A stretch of 64,000 nucleotides of DNA from Candidatus Methanosuratincola verstraetei (lineage in GTDB: Archaea; Thermoproteota; Methanomethylicia; Methanomethylicales; Methanomethylicaceae). Position 1 is the stretch's first letter, and the number at the start of each line of letters is the position of its first letter. This document shows, piece after piece, positions 8,741 to 18,087 of this stretch. The DNA lies in assembly GCA_049570475.1 (NCBI GenBank), contig CP186953.1, positions 1,408,001 through 1,472,000 of the forward strand, written 5' to 3'. Below the pieces are notes generated by a model. The model did not search any database, was not told the origin of the DNA, and saw only the letters and a program-made list of their open reading frames with translations. A program made the position numbers and the translations under genes.

Positions 8741-10306
8741 CTACTCAAAAACACCTGCAAATGCTAGTGGAAATTTCATAACTCTAACTTGAGGTATGCC
8801 ATGAATATTTGCAATTGCATATCCCTTTCTAAGCGTCAATATTTCCTCAGACGAAACTGAAATGTCGTGTAATTTCGCTGCAGAACTGTCTGATTTGAAG
8901 AAGATCTTCGTGTTTATTACATTTGCAAGTCCTGATGGTATGTCTGAAGGATTTTGGGATGAGAATATGACACCTATTTCCTGACTACGTCCTGTCCTAC
9001 ATATTGTGTCTAATTCTCCCAGCGCCTCCTTAGAACTGTTTGTATCGTAGAACTGATGGACTTCATCTATTAGTATTAAAATCGGAACTTTTGATAGTCC
9101 CATTCTTTTCTCTTCCACAATGTCTTTTAGAAGGTGTCTTAGTATCACCGCTCCGAATTTCGCTCCTTTTTCTCCAGCCACATTTATGACCGACATTTTT
9201 CCACGGACAAGAATGTCCTTGGCATCAATAATTTCTGCATCTTCGTTATCAAAGAACTCTATTGCATATTCAAGGTTGCGAAGTATGTTTTGATACGTGC
9301 CCCATGGAAGTGTTACTTGCAAAATATCTCTTCTCGAATTCATAGTCTCGTAAGTGTACTTGTCTTGTTCTCCTCTTGCAAAATACTGAACAAAGTCATT
9401 AAACGTAATCCGCCTCTTAGCATTTCTATTGTCCTCTTGCCATTTTCTGAAAATTCCAGGAAGATGTTGCGCTGCTGTATCCGATATGCCTAATAAAAGA
9501 CCTGAAAGTGCTTCAGGATCAAGCCTCATAACATCGAGGGTTATCTTTCTGCATATATCCCTGTTAACGTTATTGCCTGAAGGTATAATCGAATTAGCAG
9601 GGTAATATACAACAAAATTCTTAATTCCACTGGCGTTTTTACCCAAAAACTTCCATTCATTTAAAACATCTGGATTATTTGTGACTGAAGGTTTATCCAT
9701 CCTTAAAAAATCAACATCTTTCACATTAACCGCCAATACTGCCCCAAAATTTTCCATTTCCTCAACAAAATACTGCGCTAAATATTTGGAGGCTACAGTT
9801 TTTCCACTCCCCGTTTTTCCGCAGATTAGTATCTGATGGTAAAATGCTTCGGTTGGAAAGCAAACCTTTATGGGGTTTCCTTTTTCATCTCTAAGAATCT
9901 GATTCTTTCCGCCATGAACTGTAGCAAGAAATAACGCAGGCCCTGTGTTTTTTAATCCTAAAACCGAATCGATCTCCTCTTGGCTCGAACGCCTTGCAAG
10001 CGACTGTGGTCGTATAAAATCGATGAACCCGTCGGTTCGTTCGGGTATGTCTCCAATTCTTATTCCATGTATTATGTTTTGACATTTTTGATCCTGTTTG
10101 AGTGGAGATAAATTCATATCCGCTAACATGGGTGATGGTGAATAAGGTTCAAATTGTTGGCTGTCAGTAACCATTAAAACATGTTTTCTTTCCTCATCTT
10201 CTATCGTGAGGAATGCCCCTTTAGGCAGAATTGCATTCACTTCCTTTGATGAAACAAGCTTAATTTTTCCTTTTTCTTCACCGACTACTATCCACATTTT
10301 TACCAC
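8741..10306 (-). CDS. herA: HerA/FtsK-family ATPase (likely start ATG 10297)
   Basis: N-terminal HAS-barrel-like region, Walker A GKTGSGKT, Walker B ILILIDEVH, Arg-finger GRSQEIG, SSQNPSDI motif. Confidence 0.9.
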   Translation of the reverse strand: MVKMWIVVGEEKGKIKLVSSKEVNAILPKGAFLTIEDEERKHVLMVTDSQQFEPYSPSPMLADMNLSPLKQDQKCQNIIHGIRIGDIPERTDGFIDFIRPQSLARRSSQEEIDSVLGLKNTGPALFLATVHGGKNQILRDEKGNPIKVCFPTEAFYHQILICGKTGSGKTVASKYLAQYFVEEMENFGAVLAVNVKDVDFLRMDKPSVTNNPDVLNEWKFLGKNASGIKNFVVYYPANSIIPSGNNVNRDICRKITLDVMRLDPEALSGLLLGISDTAAQHLPGIFRKWQEDNRNAKRRITFNDFVQYFARGEQDKYTYETMNSRRDILQVTLPWGTYQNILRNLEYAIEFFDNEDAEIIDAKDILVRGKMSVINVAGEKGAKFGAVILRHLLKDIVEEKRMGLSKVPILILIDEVHQFYDTNSSKEALGELDTICRTGRSQEIGVIFSSQNPSDIPSGLANVINTKIFFKSDSSAAKLHDISVSSEEILTLRKGYAIANIHGIPQVRVMKFPLAFAGVFE

Positions 10307-11358
10307 GCAAACCTCTCTTGATTTATTGTAGGGGTAATTCCAAGGGTTTTAATTAGTTCTTCAAAATTTATAAGTTTTAAAGTTGCTCTAGCATATTTCT
10401 CTGCAATAGCTATCGATCGTATTTGTGGGTTATGCAAATCTCCTTGTGCAATTAATAAATAATATGCTAGGTCCATTATTTGATTGATCTCATCCTTGTA
10501 TTTTTTGAAGGTATTTATGTCTATTTCTATTCTGCAAGGACTACTTTCAAATGCTTTTAGGTAACAGAAAATTTTTGCAAAATTACAATTTTCTTTATCC
10601 ACATACCTAAAGAATTTCGTTCTTTCACCAGGTTTTAGATAGCTATATGCCCAATGCATATCTGAGTTATATTTGCTTTTGAGTTCTTCTACATTGTCTA
10701 CGACCAGATTACTTCTGCTGTTTTTAACAAAAAATATCGGAATTGAATTCTTTTTGAGAAGAGCCTCATTCAAATCCAACGTATATTTTGTCATCTGCCC
10801 TCCAATAAGTGGACCATCGATAAAAATGGTGCAGTCTTCTGGGACATTTTCAACTAGTAATTTCTCACGATCCGAAACGTAATCTCTCTTTGAATCTACC
10901 TCGAAATCGTTTGAAAATTTAATATATTTTGAATTTTTAGTTAGATATAATGACCTTGTATAGAAATAAAAAGTTAAGAGGTTTATCGGGATATAGTCCA
11001 TATCCCCGTGAATTATCATCGAATGTGATGTAAGAAATCCCGTGCCTTCAAGTCCTTCAAATTTGTTTATTGATTCGTCATAGGCACAGATTTTATTCTG
11101 ATCACAGAATTTCTGTCCTTTTCTACAATCAAGCTCGAATTTTCCAGGTTCCTCAATGCCTGAAACAAGTCTACCATTAACCGGATACCCATAAGAACTA
11201 AAATCTATTTCAATTTGAGTAACCTCTTTCGGTAATCTTATTTTCTTCCTTCCGAGTTCTTTAAGCGTTTCATTAAATGCTGGATGAATTATAAGACAAC
11301 CGTTGTTTAATTTGATCTTTGCCCTCTCATTTTCATCCTGACTTAACATAACCAGCAC
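10300..11358 (-). CDS. nurA: NurA-family nuclease (RNase H fold)
   Basis: CAYDES, IFIDGPL, FFVKNSRS and C-terminal P-Q-I...AEKYA motifs; coupled to herA. Confidence 0.78.
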   Translation of the reverse strand: MLVMLSQDENERAKIKLNNGCLIIHPAFNETLKELGRKKIRLPKEVTQIEIDFSSYGYPVNGRLVSGIEEPGKFELDCRKGQKFCDQNKICAYDESINKFEGLEGTGFLTSHSMIIHGDMDYIPINLLTFYFYTRSLYLTKNSKYIKFSNDFEVDSKRDYVSDREKLLVENVPEDCTIFIDGPLIGGQMTKYTLDLNEALLKKNSIPIFFVKNSRSNLVVDNVEELKSKYNSDMHWAYSYLKPGERTKFFRYVDKENCNFAKIFCYLKAFESSPCRIEIDINTFKKYKDEINQIMDLAYYLLIAQGDLHNPQIRSIAIAEKYARATLKLINFEELIKTLGITPTINQERFAW

Positions 11359-11464
11359 TGAAATTATTTTATGTACATTATATTTATATATTTTTCCAAA
11401 CCGACACTAATGTGATAACAGCATAAATTGCTTATGAATTTTTTAAATATATTTTTACCTTTTT

Positions 11465-12826
11465 TCATTTAAAATCAAAATTTAATTGCTTTCCACATTT
11501 AAAAAATTCGACATTTCCCCATCTCTTCTTGAACAGCTGCGGATTCTCCGTGTGCACCGGGAATATCTTCTTGGGCGCAATCGTGTCGACCAGCCACTCG
11601 AGCTGCTCCCTGCTCAGGTGCCCCGAGGCGTGCATCTGGTGGAACTCCAGCCCGAAGTGCTCCACCCAGTTCTGGAGCACCTCCTCCGAAAGGTCTTCGT
11701 CGCTGAACGGCTCGCTCATGCTCCTGATCAGGTGCGCCCCCCTCTCAGGCCTGATGTCTATGAGCTCGGTCAGCTGGTAAAAGTCGAGCTCCATCAAATA
11801 CTCCTTCTGCCCCTTCCTGATCTCCTCGCAAGTCACCATCCTGTCCAGGTACTCCCTCTCCCATTTGTAGTAGTCCGAATCGTCGTAGGTGCCGCTCTTC
11901 TTCCTCCTGTAATAGACCCGTATGGCCCCGTCAGTGCGCGGGTCCGGCACGTCCAGATGCTCGTCCTCTATGAGCCTGCCCAGCAAGTATGCACTCTTGG
12001 GCGAGATCACCAGATCCCTGCCGTTCGCCTTTGCGATCTCGTAGAAGGTCCTGAACCGGTCAATGTCCCGGCTGTACCTCATCACAAATACGATCTTGTC
12101 CGTCCCGCCCACGATCTCCTCGCCCTTCTCCCTGACCTGAGCCTCCGAATAGTTCTGCCTCCTCTCGACCTCCTCCATCCTCGTCCCCTCGCAGATGAGC
12201 GCCACTGGCTCGGCAGCTGCTGCCTTCTCCACGAACTCCTCGGTCATGTCCTTCCTGGGCCCGTGCGCCCTCAGGTCCCCCGTGTACGCGATCACGCCCG
12301 CTGAAGTCTCGACCAGATAACCGTAGGCACCGGGGATCGAGTGGTCGACGTGCACCGGCTCGATCCGCATCCCTCCTGCCTTTATCTTAGCGCCGCTCCT
12401 GAACGTGCGGTAGTCGTGGTCGCCGTACTTGCAGCTGTAGGAGATCTCCTCCATGCACTCGAGGAATATCTTGGTCCCCTCCCCCAGGAAGACGGGTATC
12501 TTCGGGTCGATGTAGCAGATGTGCTGGCAGTGGTCGAAGTGCGCATGCGAGAGCAGGACCGCATCTATCTCCGGCTCAGTGTATCCGATCCCGGTCCCTT
12601 CAAGCAGCCCCTCCGCGTAGAGCCCCTTGATCCTGGGCAGGAGGTCGAACTCGAGGAGGTCCTTCAGCACGCTCAGGGTTCTGGGCTGCAGATAGTCGAC
12701 AAAAAAGCCCGCCCCAAAGGTGAACGACTGCCCGAAGTCAAGGAAAATTTTCGTGCCCCGCTCCTCAACAAGGATCTTGTTCCCGCCTATCTCGCCGACC
12801 CCGCCGTAGAATGAGAGCCTCACCAT
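11465..12826 (-). CDS. Metallo-beta-lactamase/beta-CASP hydrolase (RNase J-like)
   Basis: GGVGEIGGN, SHAHFDH, VDHSIPG, YTGD, HASGH and PVH motifs. Confidence 0.9.
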   Translation of the reverse strand: MVRLSFYGGVGEIGGNKILVEERGTKIFLDFGQSFTFGAGFFVDYLQPRTLSVLKDLLEFDLLPRIKGLYAEGLLEGTGIGYTEPEIDAVLLSHAHFDHCQHICYIDPKIPVFLGEGTKIFLECMEEISYSCKYGDHDYRTFRSGAKIKAGGMRIEPVHVDHSIPGAYGYLVETSAGVIAYTGDLRAHGPRKDMTEEFVEKAAAAEPVALICEGTRMEEVERRQNYSEAQVREKGEEIVGGTDKIVFVMRYSRDIDRFRTFYEIAKANGRDLVISPKSAYLLGRLIEDEHLDVPDPRTDGAIRVYYRRKKSGTYDDSDYYKWEREYLDRMVTCEEIRKGQKEYLMELDFYQLTELIDIRPERGAHLIRSMSEPFSDEDLSEEVLQNWVEHFGLEFHQMHASGHLSREQLEWLVDTIAPKKIFPVHTENPQLFKKRWGNVEFFKCGKQLNFDFK

Positions 12827-13210
12827 GGTTATCGCAATAAGATTTGCTTTTAGGGCTTATAACGCTCTCTGAGGCTCTGGAAAAGCCTTCAGTGATCGCC
12901 CCTGGGCAAAAAGAATCAGAAAACGGCTCATAGTTATCTCCAGCGTTTTTCTTTCCTGATCATTCGCGCTCCCAACCCTTTTCCGCCTGCAGTTCATCTC
13001 TTCCGGACCTTTGCCGCGCCTGGCGGCCTGCCCAGCCATGTTTTGCGCACTTGCCCGTCTGCGGGGGGATTGGGCTGCAAAAACATGATGGTGAAAACTC
13101 GCGAGCTAAATGAAGTTCATGATTCAAATCCTTTTTCATTCTGGAGGCTGTAAAACCAATTTGATAAAATATAAGTTAGATTACGTGTAATAGTACATGG
13201 GTGATTTATT

Positions 13211-13615
13211 TTGCCAGATATAGTTGACGCAGCTGTAGCTAGCGGAAAGTTCAACACGCTCGTCGCAGCAGTCAAGGCAGCCGGGCTGGTAGACACGCTG
13301 AAGGGCAAGGGGCCTTTCACGGTATTCGCCCCAACGGACGAGGCTTTCGCTGCCCTGCCGCCGGGGACTGTAGACTCTTTGCTGAAGGACATACCTGCAC
13401 TCAAGAAGGTGCTGACCTACCACGTCGTGGCTGGGAGATATGCGTTCGTCGATCTGAAGAAATTGAAGGAGTTGAAGACGGTCCAGGGCCAGCCAGTCGC
13501 CATCTCCTTCAAAGCCGGAGCCCTATTTGTGAATGACGCCAAGATCGTCCAGGGCGATATCGTCGTGGACAATGGCGTCTGCCACGCGATCGACAAGGTG
13601 ATACTCCCCAAGTAA
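13211..13615 (+). CDS. Fasciclin (FAS1) domain protein
   Basis: [43 protein letters not shown]. Confidence 0.93.
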   Translation: MPDIVDAAVASGKFNTLVAAVKAAGLVDTLKGKGPFTVFAPTDEAFAALPPGTVDSLLKDIPALKKVLTYHVVAGRYAFVDLKKLKELKTVQGQPVAISFKAGALFVNDAKIVQGDIVVDNGVCHAIDKVILPK

Positions 13616-13620
13616 ACTCT

Positions 13621-13640
13621 CCTTTTTTTTATTTTTCTCC
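13621..13640 (+). terminator. Oligo-T archaeal terminator
   Basis: CCTTTTTTTTATTTTTCTCC directly after the fasciclin stop codon. Confidence 0.5.
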
Positions 13641-13678
13641 TCCCGTTCATCGCCACTAGCTTTTTTATCCCATGTGGC

Positions 13679-15091
13679 TCACAAGGGCTTGGCAGCCGCT
13701 TCAGCTGGCTTGCTGGAGCCCATGCCTACAGTTTGACCGTTCTGGTGTTTCCTGTTGTTCAATGCCTTGCCCCTGGCAAGCGAGGCCGCCATCCCGACAA
13801 TGCAGAGCAGGGCGAAGAAGACGAAGATTGTGGTGAGGCTGCTCATGAACGCCGGATAGAGGGGAGGGGTGATCTGGACAGGCCCGACGTAAACCGCGAG
13901 GACCATCATCGCAAAGCCCATGCTCAGAGTCTGCCCGACCTGGCGCATCGTCGCGAGCGTCCCCGACGCGACTCCCAAATACTTCTTCTCCACTGCGCTC
14001 ATTATCGCGTTCGTGTTCGGGGTGATGAAGAGCGCGAAGCCGAATCCGAGCGCTGCCAGGTTCGCCACTATCAGCAACTGGGGCGTCTCTGTAGAGATCG
14101 TGGCGAGCGAAAAGAGTCCGGCAGAGATGATCGCCATCCCTGCTGAGGAGATTAGCCTTGGCTCGACCCTGTCCGAGAGCCTGCCGGCGATGGGGGAGAG
14201 CAACGCCTGCACTATGGGCTGGGATAGGAGAATCAGCCCTGCCCCCTGGGGATCTAGCCCCCTCACATACTGCAGGTAAAGGCTCATCAGGAAGGTGATT
14301 GCGGAGGTTGACGCATAGTTGATCAGCGCCGCGAGGTTCGAGAAGGTGAATACCCTGTTCCCCCTGAAGAGACTCATGTCAAGTACAGGGCTCCTCGCAG
14401 AGGACTCGTACCTGATGAACGCGACGAGCCCGATGATCCCTGCTGCCAGCAGCACCCCCCCGGCGTACGACGGGAGGATCGAGAACCCGTAGATCGTAGA
14501 GACGAGCATGAAGCCGTATATCGCCGAGCCAACGAAGTCGAAGCTCTCGCCCTTCGCCTCCCTCCACTCCCCCCTCATCGACGTGGATATGAGGAGCAGG
14601 ACTAGCGCCATGAGCGGGACAATCACGAGGAATATCGAGCGCCACCCGAGTTGCTGGGTCAGTAGCCCGCCGAGGAAAGGCCCGGCTGAGAGCCCTGTGT
14701 ACACCGCAGCCGAGTTTATCCCCAGAGCCTTGCCTCGCTCGCCCGGGGGGAAGACGCTGGTGATCAGCGCAACCGATGTGGTGGCTATCATCGAGCCGCC
14801 AACGCCCTGCACGATCCTCATGAAGATCAGGAAGTCGGGGGATGGCGAGATGCTTATCGCGAAGGAAGCGGCTGCGAATATGATCGCACCGCATGTGAAG
14901 ATCCGCTTCCTGCCGTGGATGTCCGCAAGCCTCCCGAATATGACCAGGAATGCCGCCGACGACAGGAGGAAAGAAGTGCTAACCCACCCCATAAGTATCG
15001 TGTCCATTCCGAACTCAGCGCCAATCGCCGGGAGAGCGATGCTCACAGCTGCCATGCTGAATGGGGTCACGAAGGTCGCGAGTGTCGCCAC
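13679..15091 (-). CDS. MFS drug:H+ antiporter (DHA2, EmrB/QacA-like)
   Basis: SIALPAI, GRLADIHGRKR, ERGKALG motifs; about 14 TM segments. The reading frame stays open further upstream. Confidence 0.9.
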   Translation of the reverse strand: MATLATFVTPFSMAAVSIALPAIGAEFGMDTILMGWVSTSFLLSSAAFLVIFGRLADIHGRKRIFTCGAIIFAAASFAISISPSPDFLIFMRIVQGVGGSMIATTSVALITSVFPPGERGKALGINSAAVYTGLSAGPFLGGLLTQQLGWRSIFLVIVPLMALVLLLISTSMRGEWREAKGESFDFVGSAIYGFMLVSTIYGFSILPSYAGGVLLAAGIIGLVAFIRYESSARSPVLDMSLFRGNRVFTFSNLAALINYASTSAITFLMSLYLQYVRGLDPQGAGLILLSQPIVQALLSPIAGRLSDRVEPRLISSAGMAIISAGLFSLATISTETPQLLIVANLAALGFGFALFITPNTNAIMSAVEKKYLGVASGTLATMRQVGQTLSMGFAMMVLAVYVGPVQITPPLYPAFMSSLTTIFVFFALLCIVGMAASLARGKALNNRKHQNGQTVGMGSSKPAEAAAKPL

Positions 15092-15262
15092 GAGAAGGAC
15101 TGCATTCTTGGAGACCCCGGGATCATCGGGGGAAGCAAAACCTCGTTTCGCCTCCGGCTGCGTTTCAAAAGCCCCCTGTGGATTCTTTTCCCTTTTTTCT
15201 TATTTCTGTGTCTATCTGCCTTTTTTTCAACTTTCCCTTTCCGTCTCTCTCATCATTCTTTT

Positions 15263-15673
15263 TCAGAAGAGCGGCTCCTTCTTCTTCACTACGTAGACAT
15301 CGCAGCCTGCATTCTTCACGATGTACTCGACGGCGCTCGGGATGAGCGTCCTCTTAATGCCCCCCTCCCCGAGGCTCCCGACCACGATGAGGTCCACATC
15401 CCTCCTCTCAGCGACCTTCACCGCAGCCGGTCCGGGCTTGTCCTCGATGAATAGCCACTCGAAGTTCAGCCCCGCCCCCTTCACTATCCCCTCGTACCTC
15501 TCGATTATCTCCCTCCCTGCCTTGACCTGTACCGGGTCCTGCCTGGGCATGGGGTGGATGCCGATTATCGTCGAGTTGAATATCTTTGCGATGTGGATCG
15601 CCTCGATGAGCGCCTGCTCGCTCACCGGCGAGCCGTCCGCAATGACCAGGATCCTCGAGATCAACGCCTGCAC
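15263..15673 (-). CDS. Universal stress protein (UspA family)
   Basis: ILVIADGSPVS, DLIVVGSLG, AGCDVYVV. Confidence 0.88.
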   Translation of the reverse strand: MQALISRILVIADGSPVSEQALIEAIHIAKIFNSTIIGIHPMPRQDPVQVKAGREIIERYEGIVKGAGLNFEWLFIEDKPGPAAVKVAERRDVDLIVVGSLGEGGIKRTLIPSAVEYIVKNAGCDVYVVKKKEPLF

Positions 15674-15765
15674 CTTTATTTACTAGTATATCGTGCTGGA
15701 TACTTAATAGCTTCACTGAAGGCCTTGCACGGCACTCGGTTGCTGCCCAGCAAGGGATGCAGTTG

Positions 15766-15807
15766 ATTGGATTGGACTGGATTGGGTTGGGTTGGGTGGG
15801 TGGTGGG
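15766..15807 (+). repeat. Degenerate pentamer tandem repeat (ATTGG/GTTGG) containing a G-quadruplex motif
   Basis: ATTGG ATTGG ACTGG ATTGG GTTGG GTTGG GTGG GTGG; GGGTTGGGTTGGGTGGG at 15784-15800. Confidence 0.7.
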
Positions 15808-17065
15808 TACGGAGTGGGGGCTGCTCCAGTTTGAGGTCCTCGCTGTTTTCCTGTTTGTCTACGCGGCAATCGCTCTGAGGCGCATCGGCGGCTTCAAGTT
15901 TGAGGTCTGGACGGCGATGCTCGTGGGGGCAGTCGCCCTCCTTGCTGTTGGGGCGATGGGCCTCGACGAGGCTGTAGCGGCGGTGAACGCCGAGGTCATA
16001 CTGTTCCTCTTTGGGACATTCCTGATAGTCGAGGCGATGGTCCAGGTCGGGCTCCTCCAGTACCTCGCGGTCCGGTTCCTGGCGGTGGCAGCCACCCCGA
16101 GGAGGCTCCTCCTTGCGGTGATCGCCTTCGTCGCAGCCGCCTCGGCTTTCTTCGTCAACGATGCCGTTGTGCTCGTCATGACCCCGATTGTGATCGCAGC
16201 CTGCGGGCTAGCGAAGGTGAGGAAGACTCCCTATATCCTCGCAGTCGCCTTCTCCTCCAACATTGGATCGGCCCTCACCCCGATTGGGAACCCGCAGAAC
16301 GTCCTGATCAAGATAGAGTCCGGCGTCAACACCCTCCTTTTCATGGAGCGGATGGCAGTGCCTGTTGCCCTCGGCTGCGCCGCCGAGTTCCTAGTCCTTT
16401 CTCTCGCCTACAGGAAGGACCTGGGCGGGAGCTTCGATGTCTCGCTCCCGGATCCGCGGAGGATGCTCTCCTCGAGGGAGGAGGCGGCAAGGGTCGGCGC
16501 GGTGGCAGCCGTGACGGTGATCGCATTCCTATCTGCGGACACAATAGGCTGGCCGATCGCCCTGGTAGCCTTAGCCGGCGGGACAGCCGCCCTCCTCATC
16601 TCGAAGGACAGGCGCCAGGCGTTGAGGGGCGTTGACTGGGGAACGATTGTTTTCTTCGCCTCGATGTTCGTAGTGATGGCTGGAGTCGAGAAGAGCGGGC
16701 TCCTCTCGGCGGTCATCGACTTTTTCAGGCCCACCCTCTTCTCCCAGGGTCCGGAGTCGGTCGCCTCGATATTCGGGCTGAGCCTGGTCGCTAGCCAGAT
16801 CACCTCGAACGTCCCGTTCGTAGCGATAATGCTGCCTGCCTTCAAGGCTGCTGGCGCCACCCCATCGCAGTGGATATCCCTTGCCGCCGGGAGCACCCTG
16901 GCAGGCAACCTCACCCTGCTGGGGGCGGCGGCGAACATAATCGTCCTTGAGGCTGCCGAGAACAAGGGTGAGACGTTCTCGTTCTGGGAGTTCCTCAGGG
17001 TCGGGGCGCCGATCGCGATCTTGACTTCATCGATAGCAGTCTTGTCGCTTGGCTTTCTCCTCTAG
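15767..17065 (+). CDS. ArsB/NhaD/SLC13-type anion transporter (start probably GTG 15800 or 15803)
   Basis: SAFFVNDA, SSNIGSALTPIGNPQN, SNVP, TLAGNLTLLGAAAN motifs. Confidence 0.88.
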   Translation: MDWTGLGWVGWVVGTEWGLLQFEVLAVFLFVYAAIALRRIGGFKFEVWTAMLVGAVALLAVGAMGLDEAVAAVNAEVILFLFGTFLIVEAMVQVGLLQYLAVRFLAVAATPRRLLLAVIAFVAAASAFFVNDAVVLVMTPIVIAACGLAKVRKTPYILAVAFSSNIGSALTPIGNPQNVLIKIESGVNTLLFMERMAVPVALGCAAEFLVLSLAYRKDLGGSFDVSLPDPRRMLSSREEAARVGAVAAVTVIAFLSADTIGWPIALVALAGGTAALLISKDRRQALRGVDWGTIVFFASMFVVMAGVEKSGLLSAVIDFFRPTLFSQGPESVASIFGLSLVASQITSNVPFVAIMLPAFKAAGATPSQWISLAAGSTLAGNLTLLGAAANIIVLEAAENKGETFSFWEFLRVGAPIAILTSSIAVLSLGFLL

Positions 17066-17174
17066 CGGTTGATGGAACCCGAGCCGCCAAGGCATGATCG
17101 TAATGCGCGCACCCCCTCCTGGAAAAGCAAGTCTTGTTCTTGTTTACGCCGGGATCCGATCGCCGCTGCAGTGC

Positions 17175-18023
17175 CTATGGTGGGCGGCTGAATGGGGATG
17201 TGCGGCCTGCTGAGAAGAGGGCGTCGATGTAGTCCCTGATGACCTTCTCGATGGACCTGTCCGAGACGTACACCATGAAGTTCTTCCTCCTCTCAGGGGG
17301 TCCGTCGAGCCCTGACCAAAGGTGGAAGAGCACCTCGCCGCTGTCCGAGAGTATGATGTTGAACGGAGCCACTGCTGCCCCGATCATGATCTCTGCCCCC
17401 TGGAGGCCGGTCCCCGAGAGGGCCTGCGCCACATCCTCGGAGACGAACGCCCTCACCCTCTTCTTCTTCGTGGTCTCGGAGATCTCGCCGATCACCCCGC
17501 CGTAGACCTCCGTCTCGAAGTGCCCCATCATCAGCCTCAGTTCTTTCTTTGCGGAGGAGACGAGCGACCTGATGCGGTTGACCATCCCGGGGACGGACCT
17601 TATGAACCATATCTCGGTGCTCTCTGCAGCCTTGGTCTCGTAGACCGGGAGTAGTTCCTTCATGAGCACCTCCTCCACCCTGCCCAGCCTCTGCTGCTGC
17701 TCCGCCCTGACGACACCGACCACCTCCGGAGGGGGCTTTGCCCTGAACCTCATCGGCCTGCTCGCGTCCACCTCGACCCATCCCCTGCGCTCGAGCTCGC
17801 CGAGGACATCGTAGACCCTGGTGTTGGGGATGCCCGTAGACTCGCTCAGCGCCTTCGCGGAGGTGGGGCCGCGGAAGACGAGCCCGAGGTACGCAAGCGC
17901 TTCGTAGTCAGTCAGCCCGGCGTCCTTCAGCGCTTGGTACGCCCCCGTCGATCGGAGCTCGTTGCCCTGCGCCCCTTGACCGCCGCCCCTGCCCCTGCCC
18001 CTGCCCGTCCCGACCGCCCCCAC
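17175..18023 (-). CDS. TrmB-family transcriptional regulator
   Basis: GLTDYEALAY, GIPNTRVYDVLGELERRGWV, RPMRFRA; C-terminal PLD-like effector domain. Confidence 0.88.
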   Translation of the reverse strand: MGAVGTGRGRGRGGGQGAQGNELRSTGAYQALKDAGLTDYEALAYLGLVFRGPTSAKALSESTGIPNTRVYDVLGELERRGWVEVDASRPMRFRAKPPPEVVGVVRAEQQQRLGRVEEVLMKELLPVYETKAAESTEIWFIRSVPGMVNRIRSLVSSAKKELRLMMGHFETEVYGGVIGEISETTKKKRVRAFVSEDVAQALSGTGLQGAEIMIGAAVAPFNIILSDSGEVLFHLWSGLDGPPERRKNFMVYVSDRSIEKVIRDYIDALFSAGRTSPFSRPP

Positions 18024-18087
18024 GAAGCCTGATTTTCACTCTTTTCAGTTAATAAATTAAAATACTCCCCTCCTTTTATCTACGCCT

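Larger units (their letters stand above)
4390..11525. mobile_element. Low-GC horizontally acquired island carrying a putative defence system
   Basis: Abrupt composition change: hand counts of 11/60 GC at 6841-6900 and 14/60 at 11461-11520 versus 40/60 at 11581-11640. A/T-ending codons throughout. No integrase or att repeat seen; boundaries are approximate. Confidence 0.8.

Noticed and set aside
6436-11358. Canonical herA-mre11-rad50-nurA repair operon
   Set aside because: There is no Mre11 and no zinc hook, the composition is foreign, and extra genes are present.
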